A stretch of 64,000 nt of DNA, taken from positions 82,496,217 to 82,560,216 of the forward strand of contig JASCQW010000132.1 of NCBI GenBank assembly GCA_030264375.1. The letters run 5' to 3'. Made by a program: the position numbers and the translations under genes. The stretch is from Carcharhinus longimanus (taxonomy: Eukaryota). The notes under the pieces were generated by a model that saw only the letters and a list, made by a program, of their open reading frames with translations, did not search any database and was not told the DNA's origin. Of the stretch, positions 24,321 to 36,624 are shown in pieces. Positions within the stretch are counted from its first letter, which is position 1. Every line of letters starts with the position of its first letter.

Positions 24321-25880
24321 TTTAGTGTCGCCTGCAAATTTGGAGGTATCGCATTCACTTCCTTCATCCAAATCATTAATATATATTGTGAATAGCTGGG
24401 GTCCCAGCACTGAACCCTGTGGTACCCCTCTAGTCATTGCCTGCCACTCTGAAAAGAATCCATTTATTTCCATTTTCTGCTTCCTGTCTGCCAACCAGTT
24501 CTCTATCCAACTCAATCTATTACCCCTAATAGCATGAGCTTTAATTTTGTTCACTAATCTCTGGTGTGGGACTTTGTCAAAAGCCTTTTGGAAGTCCAGG
24601 TGCACAACATCCACTGCTTCACCCTTGTCCACTCCACTGGTCACATCTTCAAAAAATTCCAGAAGATTTGTCAAGCACGATTTCCCTTTCGTGAATCCAT
24701 GCTGACTTGGATGGATCCTGTCACCACTTTCCAAATGCTCAGTTAATACACCCTTAAAAATTGATTCCAGTATTTTCCCCACCACCGATGTCAGGCTAAT
24801 CAGTCTATGATTCCCTGTTTTCTCTCTCCCTCCTTTTTTAAAAAGTGAAGTTACATTAGCCACCCTCCAATCCACTGGAACTCTTCCAGAGTCTATAGAA
24901 TGCTGGAAAATGATCACCAATGCATCCACCATGTCTAGAGTCTCTTCCCTGAGTATTCTGGGATGCAGAGTATTATGCCCTGGGGATTTATCGACTTTAA
25001 TTTCAGAAATTTCCCCAATACAATTTCCTGACTAATAAGGATTTCTTTTCATTCCTCCTACATGCTATACCCTCTGTCCCTGAATATTTCTGGAAGATTA
25101 TTTGTGTCTTCCTTAATGAAGACAGATCCAAAATATTTGTTCAGCTGGTCTGCCATCTCTTTGTTGCCCATTATGAATCCACCTGATTCTAACTGTAAGG
25201 GACCTACATTTGTCTTCACGAGTCTTAATAGAATCTATTGTAGTCAGCTTTTAGGTTCTCTGCAAGCTTACACTCATATTCTCTTTTCTTCTTCCGAAAT
25301 AAACCCTTTGTTCTCAACTGCTGAATTTTAAATTTCTCCCAGTCCTCCAGCTTTGCTGTTTTTTCTGGCCAATGTATATGCCTCCTCTTTGGCTTTAACA
25401 CTATCCCTGATTTCCCTTGTTAGTCATGGATGAGCCACCTTCCTTGTTTTACTCTTATGCCAGGCAGGGATGTACAGTTGTTGAAGTTCATTAATAGGAG
25501 TGGCACAGTGATTAGCGCTGCTGCCTCAACGCCAAGGACCCAGTTTTGATCCCCAGCTTGGGCCACTGTGTGGAATTGCATATTCTCCCCATGTCTGCAT
25601 GGGTTTCCTCCAGTTTCCTTCCATGGTCCAAAGATATGCAGGTTAGGTGGATTGGCCATGCTAAATTGCCCTTTAGTATCAGGGGGATTCGCTAGAGTAA
25701 ATGCATAGGGTTGGGATTGTGGTCAGTGCAGACTCAATGGGCCAAATGGCCTCCTGCACCGTAGGATTCTATGATTCTAAATGTCTCCCATTGCCTATCC
25801 ACTGTCAGCTCCTTTTAAGTACCCTTTTGCCAGATTATCCTGGCCAATGCATGTCTCATCATCAAAGTTAGCTTTCTTCC
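24321..25880 (-). mobile_element. CR1/HER1 LINE copy 2, reverse transcriptase domain
   Basis: ORF with [55 protein letters not shown] and KFAGDTK (YADD box mutated). Confidence 0.93.
25497..25778 (+). mobile_element. HE1 SINE inserted into CR1 copy 2
   Basis: Head, V-domain, tail ggattctatgattcta. Confidence 0.85.
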
Positions 25881-27589
25881 AGTTCAGTGTTATGTGTTGT
25901 GTGCCTGTAATAATAAGCTATGTCTCACAAGCATACAAGAGATAGTGGGAAGGGCAGCTGCTCTGTATACCTTCCCTCTTGTTGAAAGACTAATCTTCAC
26001 TCCTAGCTTTTTGTAGTTTGTCAAAGCCAATAAAGGCTTCGCTATTCTGATGTTGACTTTGTTATTAATGTGAGCTACCCTGCACAGGATGTGACTGAGG
26101 CAGACAAGGCTGCTTCAAGATGACAGTCAGCTCATATGCTGTGTTTGTAGGGCAGATAGGTACATGACTTTTCTCTTTTTGGCGCTTTGGCGAAAAACGC
26201 TCCATGTTGCATTTATTGTTCAGAACAGACAATAAAGGCAGTTATAAATGAAATGAAAGTCACAAACTTTTACTCAAATTGAAGACTTTGCCATCTGTGT
26301 GGTATCCAAATTGGATGCCCTTTTGCTAACACAATGATTCAGAAAGCATGGTAGAGGACATCATGCTAAACAGGTTAGGAGCTAAAACACAGACCTGCTC
26401 TTTTTTTTGTCACTGACAAGGCATCACAAGACACTCTACCATCCAGGGCATAAGCGAGTGTGTTGTCTTGGAATTGGCATAATGTAATTGCTTCTTCAGA
26501 ACAGGCAGATTTTACCAGAATCTCCCTAGACCATCAAAAATGTCTAGATTAACAAATGCTGAGTATAAGTTGCAGTTCTGCTCTCGACATAATTCCTAGA
26601 GCTTTGTGCAGTAAACACCACATCAATGATACTGCGATCGTTTTTAAAGATACATTGGTTCTTTGGTAAAAGATCCTGTTTGAGATGTAAGGAGATCAGA
26701 GCCTGATTGCCACTCCATTTCTAAGGTGGAAGTATCATCTTGAGCCCACGCCACTTGCAACTCAGGCTTTTAAAGGTTGGGACTCTTGATATAAATGAAA
26801 TGGAACCCCCTGCCCCATACTTACGTGTGTGCCATCAGAGGCAGAGTGCACATTGTGGGGAGAGCTGTCGTGATTCACACCAGTGTGCCCTTGCGCCGAC
26901 ATGAATGGGGGGGCTCTACCAGTTGTAATTTCCTGATGTGCGCAGTTAAATAGATGCAAATGGTTCAAAAGTTGGGATTCCTGTTAGGTCATTGGCAGAG
27001 ACAGTGGAGCCAGGAAATCCTGTCGGCTTAAAAGCTGTTTTGGCACTCCCACTCGATTCTCTGTCCATCCGCTATTCCTGTCCACCCGAAAACCATTTAT
27101 TCAAGAATGACTTCAATGCCAACTGAGCAGTTAACTGCCTGCTGTTGGGGCTTCCCTGTCTTTTAAGGGCAAGGATCCTGCTTCCAGGAGCTGATGGCCA
27201 ATGATGGGGATGGCAGCTCTTTTGTCCCAACAGTGCCACTGGGAGCTTGGAGTTCGAGTTCATAAATCACAATTAGTATGCAGATGCACTAAGTAATATA
27301 GAATACTATCCTTTATTCCAAGAGGAATTGAACATAAAAGTAAGGGTCTTGTGCTTCAGTTATACAGGACATCAGTGAGAGCGCATCTCAAATACTGTTT
27401 GTAGTTTTCATCTCCTTATTTGATTGGCTCTCAGCAAGCTCGACCCAATGAGGCTGGTCCTGCCAAGGCGTTTAAGGGTGGGGTGCCATGGTCTACCAGC
27501 AGTGGAGATAGGAAGAAACTTTTAAGAGGCCCTTAATTAATGATAGCAACCTGACAGGGAAATGTAGTAATCAATTTGTGAGCGACAAA

Positions 27590-27835
27590 GCCCTACATGG
27601 TGATGAATGATGGGTATTTATTTTTAATGATGATTGAATATTAGTGAGTTTATTGGATGAACTTCCCTGTTTCTTTTCTAATACTTTTATGTCCACTCAA
27701 TTCTGAAAGACAGTGAAGCATTCTGTCATTATTGTACTGAAACATCAGCTTAGATTATGTGCTAAAATCTCTGGAGTGAGGTTTAAACACATGAAATATT
27801 GGCCAAGATCTTTTAGCGTTGACGCTGAGCCCATT
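27590..27835 (-). mobile_element. DeuSINE (SacSINE1-like) remnant
   Basis: tcagcttagattatgtgctaaaatctctggagtgagg.tt.aac, similar to 16820-16870. Confidence 0.5.
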
Positions 27836-29548
27836 GCCGCTGACAGGAAAGTTTTCTGTGTCCCAACCATGTTGTGTTCTTTTAGCTGGGACTTCCAACC
27901 CCAGCTGCGCAGTGATGGGTTAGCGCAGACTGCAAAGGGCAGGACCGGTGAGTGCAGGAGAAGATGGGTGAAGGGAGGACAATGCCTCATTCACCTTTAC
28001 ATCATGTGCTGCGATATTCAGGTAAGTTTTTTTTTTAAAAGGTCTCGAGTCTTTCAGTGGGTAGTTGGGTTAGGGAGGGTAGCCATAGAAACTTAGGAAA
28101 TAGAAACAGGAGTAGGCAATTTGGCCCTTCAAGCCTGTTCTGCTATTCAGTATGATCATGGCTAATCATATTCAATATCCTGATCTTGCCCTCCCCAATG
28201 CATGCACATACACCCCTGGTTCTCAGTTCAGTTATACTGATCACTGTGTTAGGTGCTAGAGATTAAACATGTAACATGTCCAGGGTAGGTATCCATATAT
28301 CTGGCCCAAGGCTTCAATCCTGACTTCGTTGTTGGAAACTTTTGCAGAGGGTTCCAATAATAATCAGTCCATTGAAAATGTATACTTGCCAGGGAATTTC
28401 AGCACGTACATATATGTCAGGACTACTGTAGGATCCTGACACACAACAATAACTTTAGTCCAAATTTTGCTGCTCTGGATCCCACATTCAAGCCTGTGTC
28501 CCGGAGGCAGGCTGACACCCTAGATATCTGTCTCGTTGTGTTCAGAGTCCAGGTGGTCATGTGGATGCAATGATTAATGCCGTGTATTTTAGAAAATCCA
28601 GCAGTGTGATGGAATGGGGCAGTTCATTAATGCAGCTGCTGCTCTTCAGTGGGAAAGATAGTGAACGAGTTGAACTTGCTGAACAGTGTTATCTGATATT
28701 CCAAATAAGCTTTTATTGCAGCATTCTTCAGTACTGCCTTGAAAACAGCCAGCCGTACAAAAATTGAGGGCTGCCGTGACCTTGATATTTTCTCTTCTGA
28801 ATAAAAGTCTGCACTACAACCGCTGCAACTCTTTAACTGACTGTATCCTGAACAAGAGCTTATAAAGGCAGTTTTGCTGTAATATTACCAGCTAATACAT
28901 GAATGGGGTAGTTATGTGGGACTTGATTGATTTTGGCCTGTCACCTCAAATACAGTCTGATCCCCCTTGCTTCTTGGATTATCATTTTTTTTGTCAAGTC
29001 TGGTAATTGTCAGAAGCATTCCAGTTTTCATGACATGAAACTCCGCATTTTGGAAACCCTGTATCCAAGTTGGGATCTAACCCACTTAAACATCTAGATT
29101 TAATGGCCATGCTGAACAGACAGTTGGTTTGCATCACCAACTGCAGAGTTTTGTGTTGGCCAATTTGGTCCTCATTTGCATAAATTTAAATGGCCAGTGA
29201 GATTTCTCCACATTTTGTACAAGAGTCGAAAGGGTTTTGGATAACGGTTATTTAGTAGTACAGAGCTTGAGTATGGTTGGAAAGAAAGACATGTTTTATT
29301 GAAGCTCTTGCACTGAGGACATTTGCATGAATCAATGTAGGGGAATTCAATGAATTTATATAATATGAGAAAACAGTGGTTGGTAGAGGTGTTGCCATGG
29401 AAAATGCACCAGTTGACACTTAACTGTCAAGCATTGTTTGAAATTTAATTCGGGCAGCTTTACCTCTGGTCTAGGCATGTGGAATGAACCAGTGAATTGT
29501 CACTTATTTTATTTTACTTAAATGGTCTCATTGTGCATATGTGTTCTT

Positions 29549-29791
29549 TCTGTCTGTGTGGAGTTTGCACTTCCTCCCTGTGTCTGTGTGGATTTCCTTC
29601 GGGTGCTCTGGCTTCCTCCCACAGTCCAAAGATATGTGGGTTAGGTTGATTTGCCCATGCTAAATTGACCTTAGTGTCAGGGATTAGCAGGGTAAATGAG
29701 GGTTACGAGAATAGGGCCAAGTGGGATTGTGGTTGGTACAGACTCGATGGGCCAAGTGGCGCCTCCTATACCGTAGGAATTCTGTGATTCT
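29549..29791 (+). mobile_element. HE1 SINE, 5'-truncated
   Basis: Starts at the V-domain (ctgtctgtgtggagtttgcac); CR1-type tail. Confidence 0.83.
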
Positions 29792-30803
29792 AAATGTATT
29801 CATATATGTAGCTTCCAAATGTGCCAGGCTGTGAATCTGACTGGCAATCTCAATTTATTGGACGACCAGATCTGTCAATTTTAGGAGTCGCTCATTGAAG
29901 CAGGAACTTATTAACTGAAGTTGCACTCTAAATTCTGGATCTTTTGAATAAAATATAGAACCAACTGATGATGGCTTTACAGATGAATTGCTAGCATAAA
30001 GAATAGAGGAATGAATTATATGGTACAGATTAAATTATGCATTAAACTATTCTAAAGATATAATTTAAAAATATTCACTAAAATGAATAAGCTTATGCTG
30101 TAAAGTGTAACAAACCATGGACCTAAGTAAATAGTTAAATGAGATTCATGAATAGAATGAAACCAAAGTTTCTGTTTTAAGTATCTTTTTGTTTCTGTCC
30201 CCATCATAAAATCCTAAGACATTAAACAATCAAAAAAATACACCCATTAAGTGGCTGCCATGTAAACCTCTGATGCAATGCTGAGTGATTTTCACAAGTA
30301 AATTTTTAATGCCCTTTGGTGGTCAGTTTGTATTATAGGACCAGATAATGAACTGGATATTGTTGGCTGAAATGGAACTCTGGGAAGTTACTCAGGCCTG
30401 ACGTGACCTGGGAGCGTATTCATAGACTTGTGCCTTGTCGTGCCGCTGACGGGAAGACCTAGACTGTTGTGCTGAGCTCTGAATCCAAATGTTTGGTTCA
30501 TTGAGCGACAGTGAAGCTGAAGTGCTTTATGTAACAAATTAATAGAATGAGAATAAACTGTTAAAGATTTTATGACTTGTAATAAATACCACAGACATCA
30601 GTGAGTGAACTATTCTTGCAGTTCATGTATGCAAAAATTAAATATATATTACCTTTGATGCAAACATGTTGGAAATATTGTCTTCTACCTTTATAAGTGT
30701 GTTTTCCAATATTTTAACTGTATTAGATGGTCTGTGTCTGCAACTCATTGAGGCGATAACTATAGTTTGTGCGTAATACTTGACACACTTTGATAATTCT
30801 CAG

Positions 30804-30926
30804 GATGATGTGCACAGCCTAATGGACAAGAGAAATGAAGTGCGCAGCACACTTTATGCTGTCGCAGAAGAGTTTATATCTGAAGTAGACAAATTGCCCA
30901 TCAAGAATCGTGTGAATGTTCTAAAG
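30804..30926 (+). CDS. STK31: STK31 exon (DDVHSLMDKRNEVRSTLYAVAEEFISEVDKLPIKNRVNVLK)
   Basis: attctcag| ... aag|gttaga; 123 nt, phase 0/0. Confidence 0.92.
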
Positions 30927-31564
30927 GTTAGAATTTTTGATGTTTTCCACTGATTCCAAGCATTAGATTAGTATTAACAATGAGGAGGAACTGTTGAGTG
31001 CTAATTTACCACTTCAGTGGCTGCTGAAAAGCTAATTGAAAGTAGTGGTTATTGTAACAGCCATCTCCTTGGTTACTTGGTTAATTAACATTTGATGGGG
31101 AAACATTTGCAGATAAATATGATTGATGCAAGGATGCATTGATTTTATGTAATTTAAAATGCTGCAGTGCTTGTGTATTGCAATAAGTGACCTTATGGCC
31201 TCTTATTTCCTCGCTTTCTTCTTCTTCCCATACTGCTTACCCTGCATAAGTGGAATGAGATAACCCCAGCCTCCCTCAGTGCCGCTGCTAAACCAGCACT
31301 AGCTCCGATTGCCTGCAGATGAGCTGATCGTGTTTCTTCATCCTCCTAATGGAATTTGTTGGCTTCATTGAGTGAAACGCTGAGCGCTCAGCAAGCAGGG
31401 GTTAAGGGGACAAACTCCAGTTCCACCGTATATTTGGCTCCAATTCGCAGCACCATACTGCTGTATTTCCTTTTGCTTTTCAAATAAGTTAATGGCTGGG
31501 CACCAATGGGAAAAGAGCAAATATCCTTCAGAAATGATCTGAAGAAAATGTGTTCAAATTTAAT

Positions 31565-33040
31565 AAGAACAAAATACTACGGATGCTGGAATCAAACAAA
31601 AACAGTAAAATGCTGAAAAAACTCAGCAGCCCTGGCATTTGTGATTCCAACATCACTTCAACTATTTCCAGTATCTTGGCCCTAACTACTTCCTGTCCAC
31701 CATGGATGTCCAATTCCTCTGCCCCTCAGTCCCTTATCAGAGGGTCTGTGGGCTCTGCTTCTTCCTTGAGTGGAGGCCTGAACATTCCCCACCCACCACC
31801 ACCACTCCTCCACCTGGCTTAATTTGTTCTGTTACTCAATAATTTCTCCTTTTTAACTTGTCTCTCCTCCTGCAAATAAAAAGTGTGGCCATGGGTAACT
31901 GCACAGGCCCCAGTTTTGCCTGTTCAGTTATGTGGATCACTCCTGGTTCCAGTACTACCAGTGACATGATGGTGTAGTGGTGTTCTCACTGGACGAATGA
32001 TCCGGAGACCAGGGGAATTATCTGGGGACCCGAGTTTGAATCCCACCAAGGCAGCTGGTGAAAAATGAATTCAATAAAAGAAATCTGAAAACAAGAGTGC
32101 AGTAATGATCGTGAATCCACTGTCGATTTTCATTTTAAAAAGGAACATTTTGATCCTTCAGTGAAGAAAATATCCTCCTTGCCTGGCCTGTGACCCATAT
32201 GCGGCTCCAGGTCCACAATATGGTTGACTTTTAACTGCCCTCTGAAGTAGCCCTAGCAAGCCACTCAATCCAAGGACAGTTAGGGATGGGTATTGAATGC
32301 TGGTCCAGCCAGTGAAAGCCATGCTCCTGGAATGAATTAACAAAAACCCAGGTCTGCCCCTGTAACTTTTTTTTTGTTACATTGATAACTGTAGTAGTGC
32401 CCTTCATGCTCTTGTCTGGACCTGGAAAAATTTATCGTTTTTATTTTTGCTTCCAATTTTCACCCCCCCTCTCTCCTTCACGTAGTACACCTCTGACATT
32501 TCCCTTCTCTTGGTCTTTCTGTCTCCACTTCCGGTGATAGACTCACCTCTGCTATATTCTGCTTCCTTTAATGACTCCATCTCTACATCTGTTGCGATGA
32601 TGCCAACTTCAAAAATGGTGCTTCTGACATGTTTTCCTTAGCACACTCTGGTCTACTCCTCCATCATCCCCGCAACTGCTCATCCTCTTTCCAGAGCACT
32701 TCCTATTGCAGTCACAGAAATAGCAATATCTACCTTTTTTTTTTTTACCTCATCCCTCCTTACTGTTCAAGGTTCCAAACACTCCTTTCAGGTTAAACAA
32801 CATTTGACTTGCACCTCTTTCAATTTAGTCTGATGTATCAGCCGCTCCCAGCATGGTCTTCTCTACATTGGGGACGCTAATCGCAGACTGGGTGACTGCT
32901 GTGTGGAACACTGTTGTTCAGCCCTAAAAGCATGACCTCAACCTTCCTGTCATTTGCCGTTTCAACTCGGCACCTTGCTCTCATGCCCATATGTCCGCCC
33001 TTTGCCTGATACAATGTTCCAGTGAAGCCCAACGCAATGG
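31565..33040 (+). mobile_element. Decayed Penelope-like element (RT remnants and GIY-YIG endonuclease), interrupted by a family-B SINE (31960-32345)
   Basis: 32770-32915 reads GSKHSFQVKQHLTCTSFNLV*CISRSQHGLLYIGDANRRLGDC; gtggccatgggtaact at ~31885 (GVAMG-like). Confidence 0.7.
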
Positions 33041-33805
33041 GAGATTAGATGGAAAGGAAATTATGGAGAGAGAGAGAGAATGCAAAAGTGTGCATGTCTA
33101 TTTTTTTGAAATGCTTACGATGAACAAACTAGCCATTTTACCTCACGTCATTTCTCGTATATAGTTAAATTGGTACAAATATCTGCAAAAGCTGGACATT
33201 TACTGACAGTTCCAAATAATTGCCATTGTAATAGCTGCAGCTCAAAATAACAGATATTTCTAAATTATGAATTTACATAGTGAGTACTTCACAGAATACT
33301 ATCATGCAGAAGAGGCCCATCGGGTCTGCACCACGCATGAAAGGCCCTGACCTGCCCACCTAATTTCATTTGCCAGCACTTGGCCTATAGCCTTGAATGT
33401 TAACTGTACCTTTTAACCAAAACAGGATTTCAGTTTCTCTTTCCAGTACTTGCTACAACCAGATGTGAACTTGCAGGCAGTCAGTTTAATTTTTGGAATG
33501 GTGAAAAATGGACGATTTTGGATCAACATCCCTTCATATATCTCATTTGTCTTTCGAAAATCAAGTAGGGTGTATAAAAGTGCAGCTGACCAATATCACC
33601 CATTTTAAAGTTAAAATGTCAGTGACCTAGCTTCAGCTTTAGTTTCAATCCAAGCCGCATTTTGATTGTATAAATCTGATGCTTGCTTCCAGATGACTGA
33701 AGTGATCAAATTCATAAGTGTACTGCAATCTCTTGTCAACAGAATATAGTGAAGCTAAGTCTTCCAAACCACCATTTGATAATTGACCTGCACATATATC
33801 TTTAG

Positions 33806-33985
33806 TCTTTAGCTTGCTCACTGGATGCTGCTTATGGTCCTTGTGATGTGGAGCCCAACTCCGATGAAGTATTTGCTCAGTTTTTTGAATGGCAAAATAG
33901 TAAACTACAGGAGTTCAATAATATCAAGCAAAGGACAGAGAATTCTCTGCGATTGTTGTCTGAGTGGTTTAGCAAAACAGTGAAG
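33806..33985 (+). CDS. STK31: STK31 exon (SLACSLDAAYGPCDVEPNSDEVFAQFFEWQ...LSEWFSKTVK)
   Basis: atctttag| ... aag|gtaact; 180 nt, phase 0/0. Confidence 0.92.
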
Positions 33986-34069
33986 GTAACTATCTGGTTC
34001 ATGTCTTTGTATACTTGTTATAATCATGCTAAATTTAAAATACAACTTTGTAAGCAATGCAAGTCGTTG

Positions 34070-34520
34070 GGAGCTACCAGGGGATGTACCACAGATTGTT
34101 GGAGCTTCAGCACATTGAGCATGTTTTGATTTCAGTTTTGCACCAGGCTTCCAGAAGGTTATATTGGCCATAATGGGATTGCAGTGTGGATTTAACCAGA
34201 ATGATACCTGGACTTACACAAACAATGATTGTAGTCCCCGGTTTTAAAAGGTTAAGGAACAATTTCATCAAGGTTTTCAGGATATTAAAGGTAACGTGTG
34301 GAGTAGATAGTAACAATTCCTGCTGATTCGGCAGTCGAGGACTAGGGGTGTAATCTAAAATTTAGAGCCAGACCTTTTGGATGTGAAGTTAGGTAATGCT
34401 TCAAAACACAAACGGTAGTAAACTTTGCAAGTCTATTTCGCAAAGTAGGATATATCTAGTTAGGTCACGGATCTGCCATGACCTTATTGAATAGCAGAGC
34501 AGACTTGGGACCTGAAATGG
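34070..34520 (+). mobile_element. Decayed CR1 3' fragment
   Basis: FQFLHQ/VQRGFTRMIPGL-like remnants and CR1 tail. Confidence 0.5.
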
Positions 34521-35593
34521 TCTATCCCAGTTCCTATATTGCTGGTGTGGGTGGATGTCCAGGTATGGCAAGAATTCCTGACAAAAAAACCAGAGTAGGA
34601 AACTTAACTAAAAGTTACTCTGTCTATAATCTGCAGCCTTTGTGACATTGATGGAAGCCTAGGAATAATTTTCCTACCTGCCCTGGGCTGGGAAAGACAC
34701 ATGGTAAGAAGATTTCATGTATTAGGAGGGAAGCATATTAGCTCTTCAGTTAAAACTATCTTTCAAGCTGATCACTCCTGTTTCCTTCCTGTAGGAGTTT
34801 GAATAAAACAGATTCAGTCTTTGCTGTCGACTGTTGACCAGTCTTTTCCTTTTGTGATGTTATAGCAATCTCCCTGAGGCACCCAGTATGAGGAGATTCA
34901 TGATTTGGGTTGGCATGTGGGCCGGTTATACCATTAGGGTGTGATTTTCAAGCAACCATGTGTGTAACTCTGACCATTCTCCCCAAGGGCCAGTACACAG
35001 TATGATTTATTAATCTAAGCTTATTTTGCCATGTAATATATCCACTTTCTGCTTATAGTTATTGTTATGGTACAGATAACTTTGAAAACTTAGAGGTTGT
35101 GGAGGAATTAGATTTTACCATCCATGTCAGGATCTCCATCTCCATCTACAATATAATGAGGCAGGACCAATTTAAAACTGCAAAGAAAATATAGCCCATT
35201 GTAAAATAAGTTTAATTTCTCAACCCTCATTCAGCCAATACAGTAAGAGCTGCAGCCTACAGAGTACACTGCTATGCAGTGGAATGAGTGGTAACATTTA
35301 GAATCGCTCATTGCTAGCAATAAGTGGAGAACCTGGAATTTCAGGAATGGATTTTACAGTAGCTCATTAACTGAGCCATGGCATCAACATTCTACGTTCA
35401 GGTTTCTCAGTCAAAGTGGGCGGTTGTGATCACATTCAAGTGTAAACACCCTCACTTTCACTTTACCAATCTTCTCCTGCACGGCACTGCTCAGATCCAC
35501 ACACCCTGCAGATCTGTATATTCACCTTTGACACAACCTCAAATCCCCATCTGAACAGGTACCACCATCACTCACAGTCACTTTAATGCTGTC

Positions 35594-35955
35594 ATGATGT
35601 GGAGATGCCAGCGTTGGACTGGGGTAAACACAATAAGAAGTCTGACAACACCAGGTTTAAGTCCAACCGATTTATTTGATAGTAAACNNNNNNNNNNNNN
35701 NNNNNNNNNNNNNNNNNNNNNNNNNNNNNNNNNNNNNNNNNNNNNNNNNNNNNNNNNNNNNNNNNNNNNNNNNNNNNNNNNNNNNNNGAAGTCTGACAAC
35801 ACCAGGTTTAAGTCCAACCGATTTATTTGATAGTAAACTCGCAAGCTTTCAGGGTTTGCCCCTTTGCCTGATAAAGGGGCAAACCCTGGAAGCTTGAGTT
35901 TACTATCAAATTAATCGGTTGGACTTAAACCTGGAGTTGTCAGACTTCTTACTGT
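35594..35955 (+). mobile_element. Short palindromic non-autonomous Penelope-derived element with 14-bp target-site duplication
   Basis: Inverted arms 35788-35865 / 35873-35948; actttaatgctgtc at 35580-35593 and 35956-35969. Confidence 0.75.
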
Positions 35956-36029
35956 ACTTTAATGCTGTCTCAGAGCTACCCCAGTCACACTCCATTAACT
36001 AACATTTCCATCATCTCAAAGCATAGGCA

Positions 36030-36618
36030 GCATTTTCCATTCCTGCCTGTGTAGTGGCAGGAATCATGGTGGGCAGGGGCATATAATTTGCTGTGATGAC
36101 AAGATGCAGTTTCCTGCCAGCATGAACTTAGTTTGGAGTTTTATTCTTCTGATTTTCATGGCAAGTGTTAAGCACTGTGCCACCTATGATTAAAAGGAGC
36201 AGGTTTGACTGGCAGAATAGCCGCCTTGTGTTACTGTGGAGACTGGAGTGGATAGAGTGGGTTCAACGTGCCTGCCTGAGTCTGGCATCCCTGGCAGCTT
36301 TGTTTACAGCTGCATGTACCCTTGCAATATCAGTCTCTTCTGAAGATGCAGAATGACCCTTCTCATCCACCAGCTCCTGCTGTGCTATGGTGTGCAAGGT
36401 GCAGCAGACCAGTATCATTCTGGAAATCCTTGCTGGATCAAACTGAAGGGTGCCCTAGATCTGTCCAGCATTCCAATGACCTGCTCAATAACCACCACTA
36501 TGTTTGCATGGTCTCAGTTAGACGTTTACTTGTGCATTAATTCTAGGCGCCCCCCTCCCTACCCCGGGTCATCAACCATATCCTTAGCCCTTCGCTGCAA
36601 GGAGCCACCAGTGATTCT
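36030..36618 (-). mobile_element. Harbinger (HARBI1-like) transposase fossil with terminal region
   Basis: Minus strand: GWLLAAKG...VVIEQVIGML-DRS...TLQFDPARISRMILVCCTLHTIAQQ. Confidence 0.65.
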
Positions 36619-36624
36619 TTGGCA

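Noticed and set aside
24117-24932. Reverse-transcriptase ORF as an active or domesticated gene
   Set aside because: Partial CR1 ORF2 with a mutated catalytic box (FAGD), broken upstream and ending in a gap.
35637-35838. Identical 51-bp sequence on both sides of the 100-N gap
   Set aside because: Most likely an unmerged contig overlap caused by the hairpin, not a real tandem duplication.
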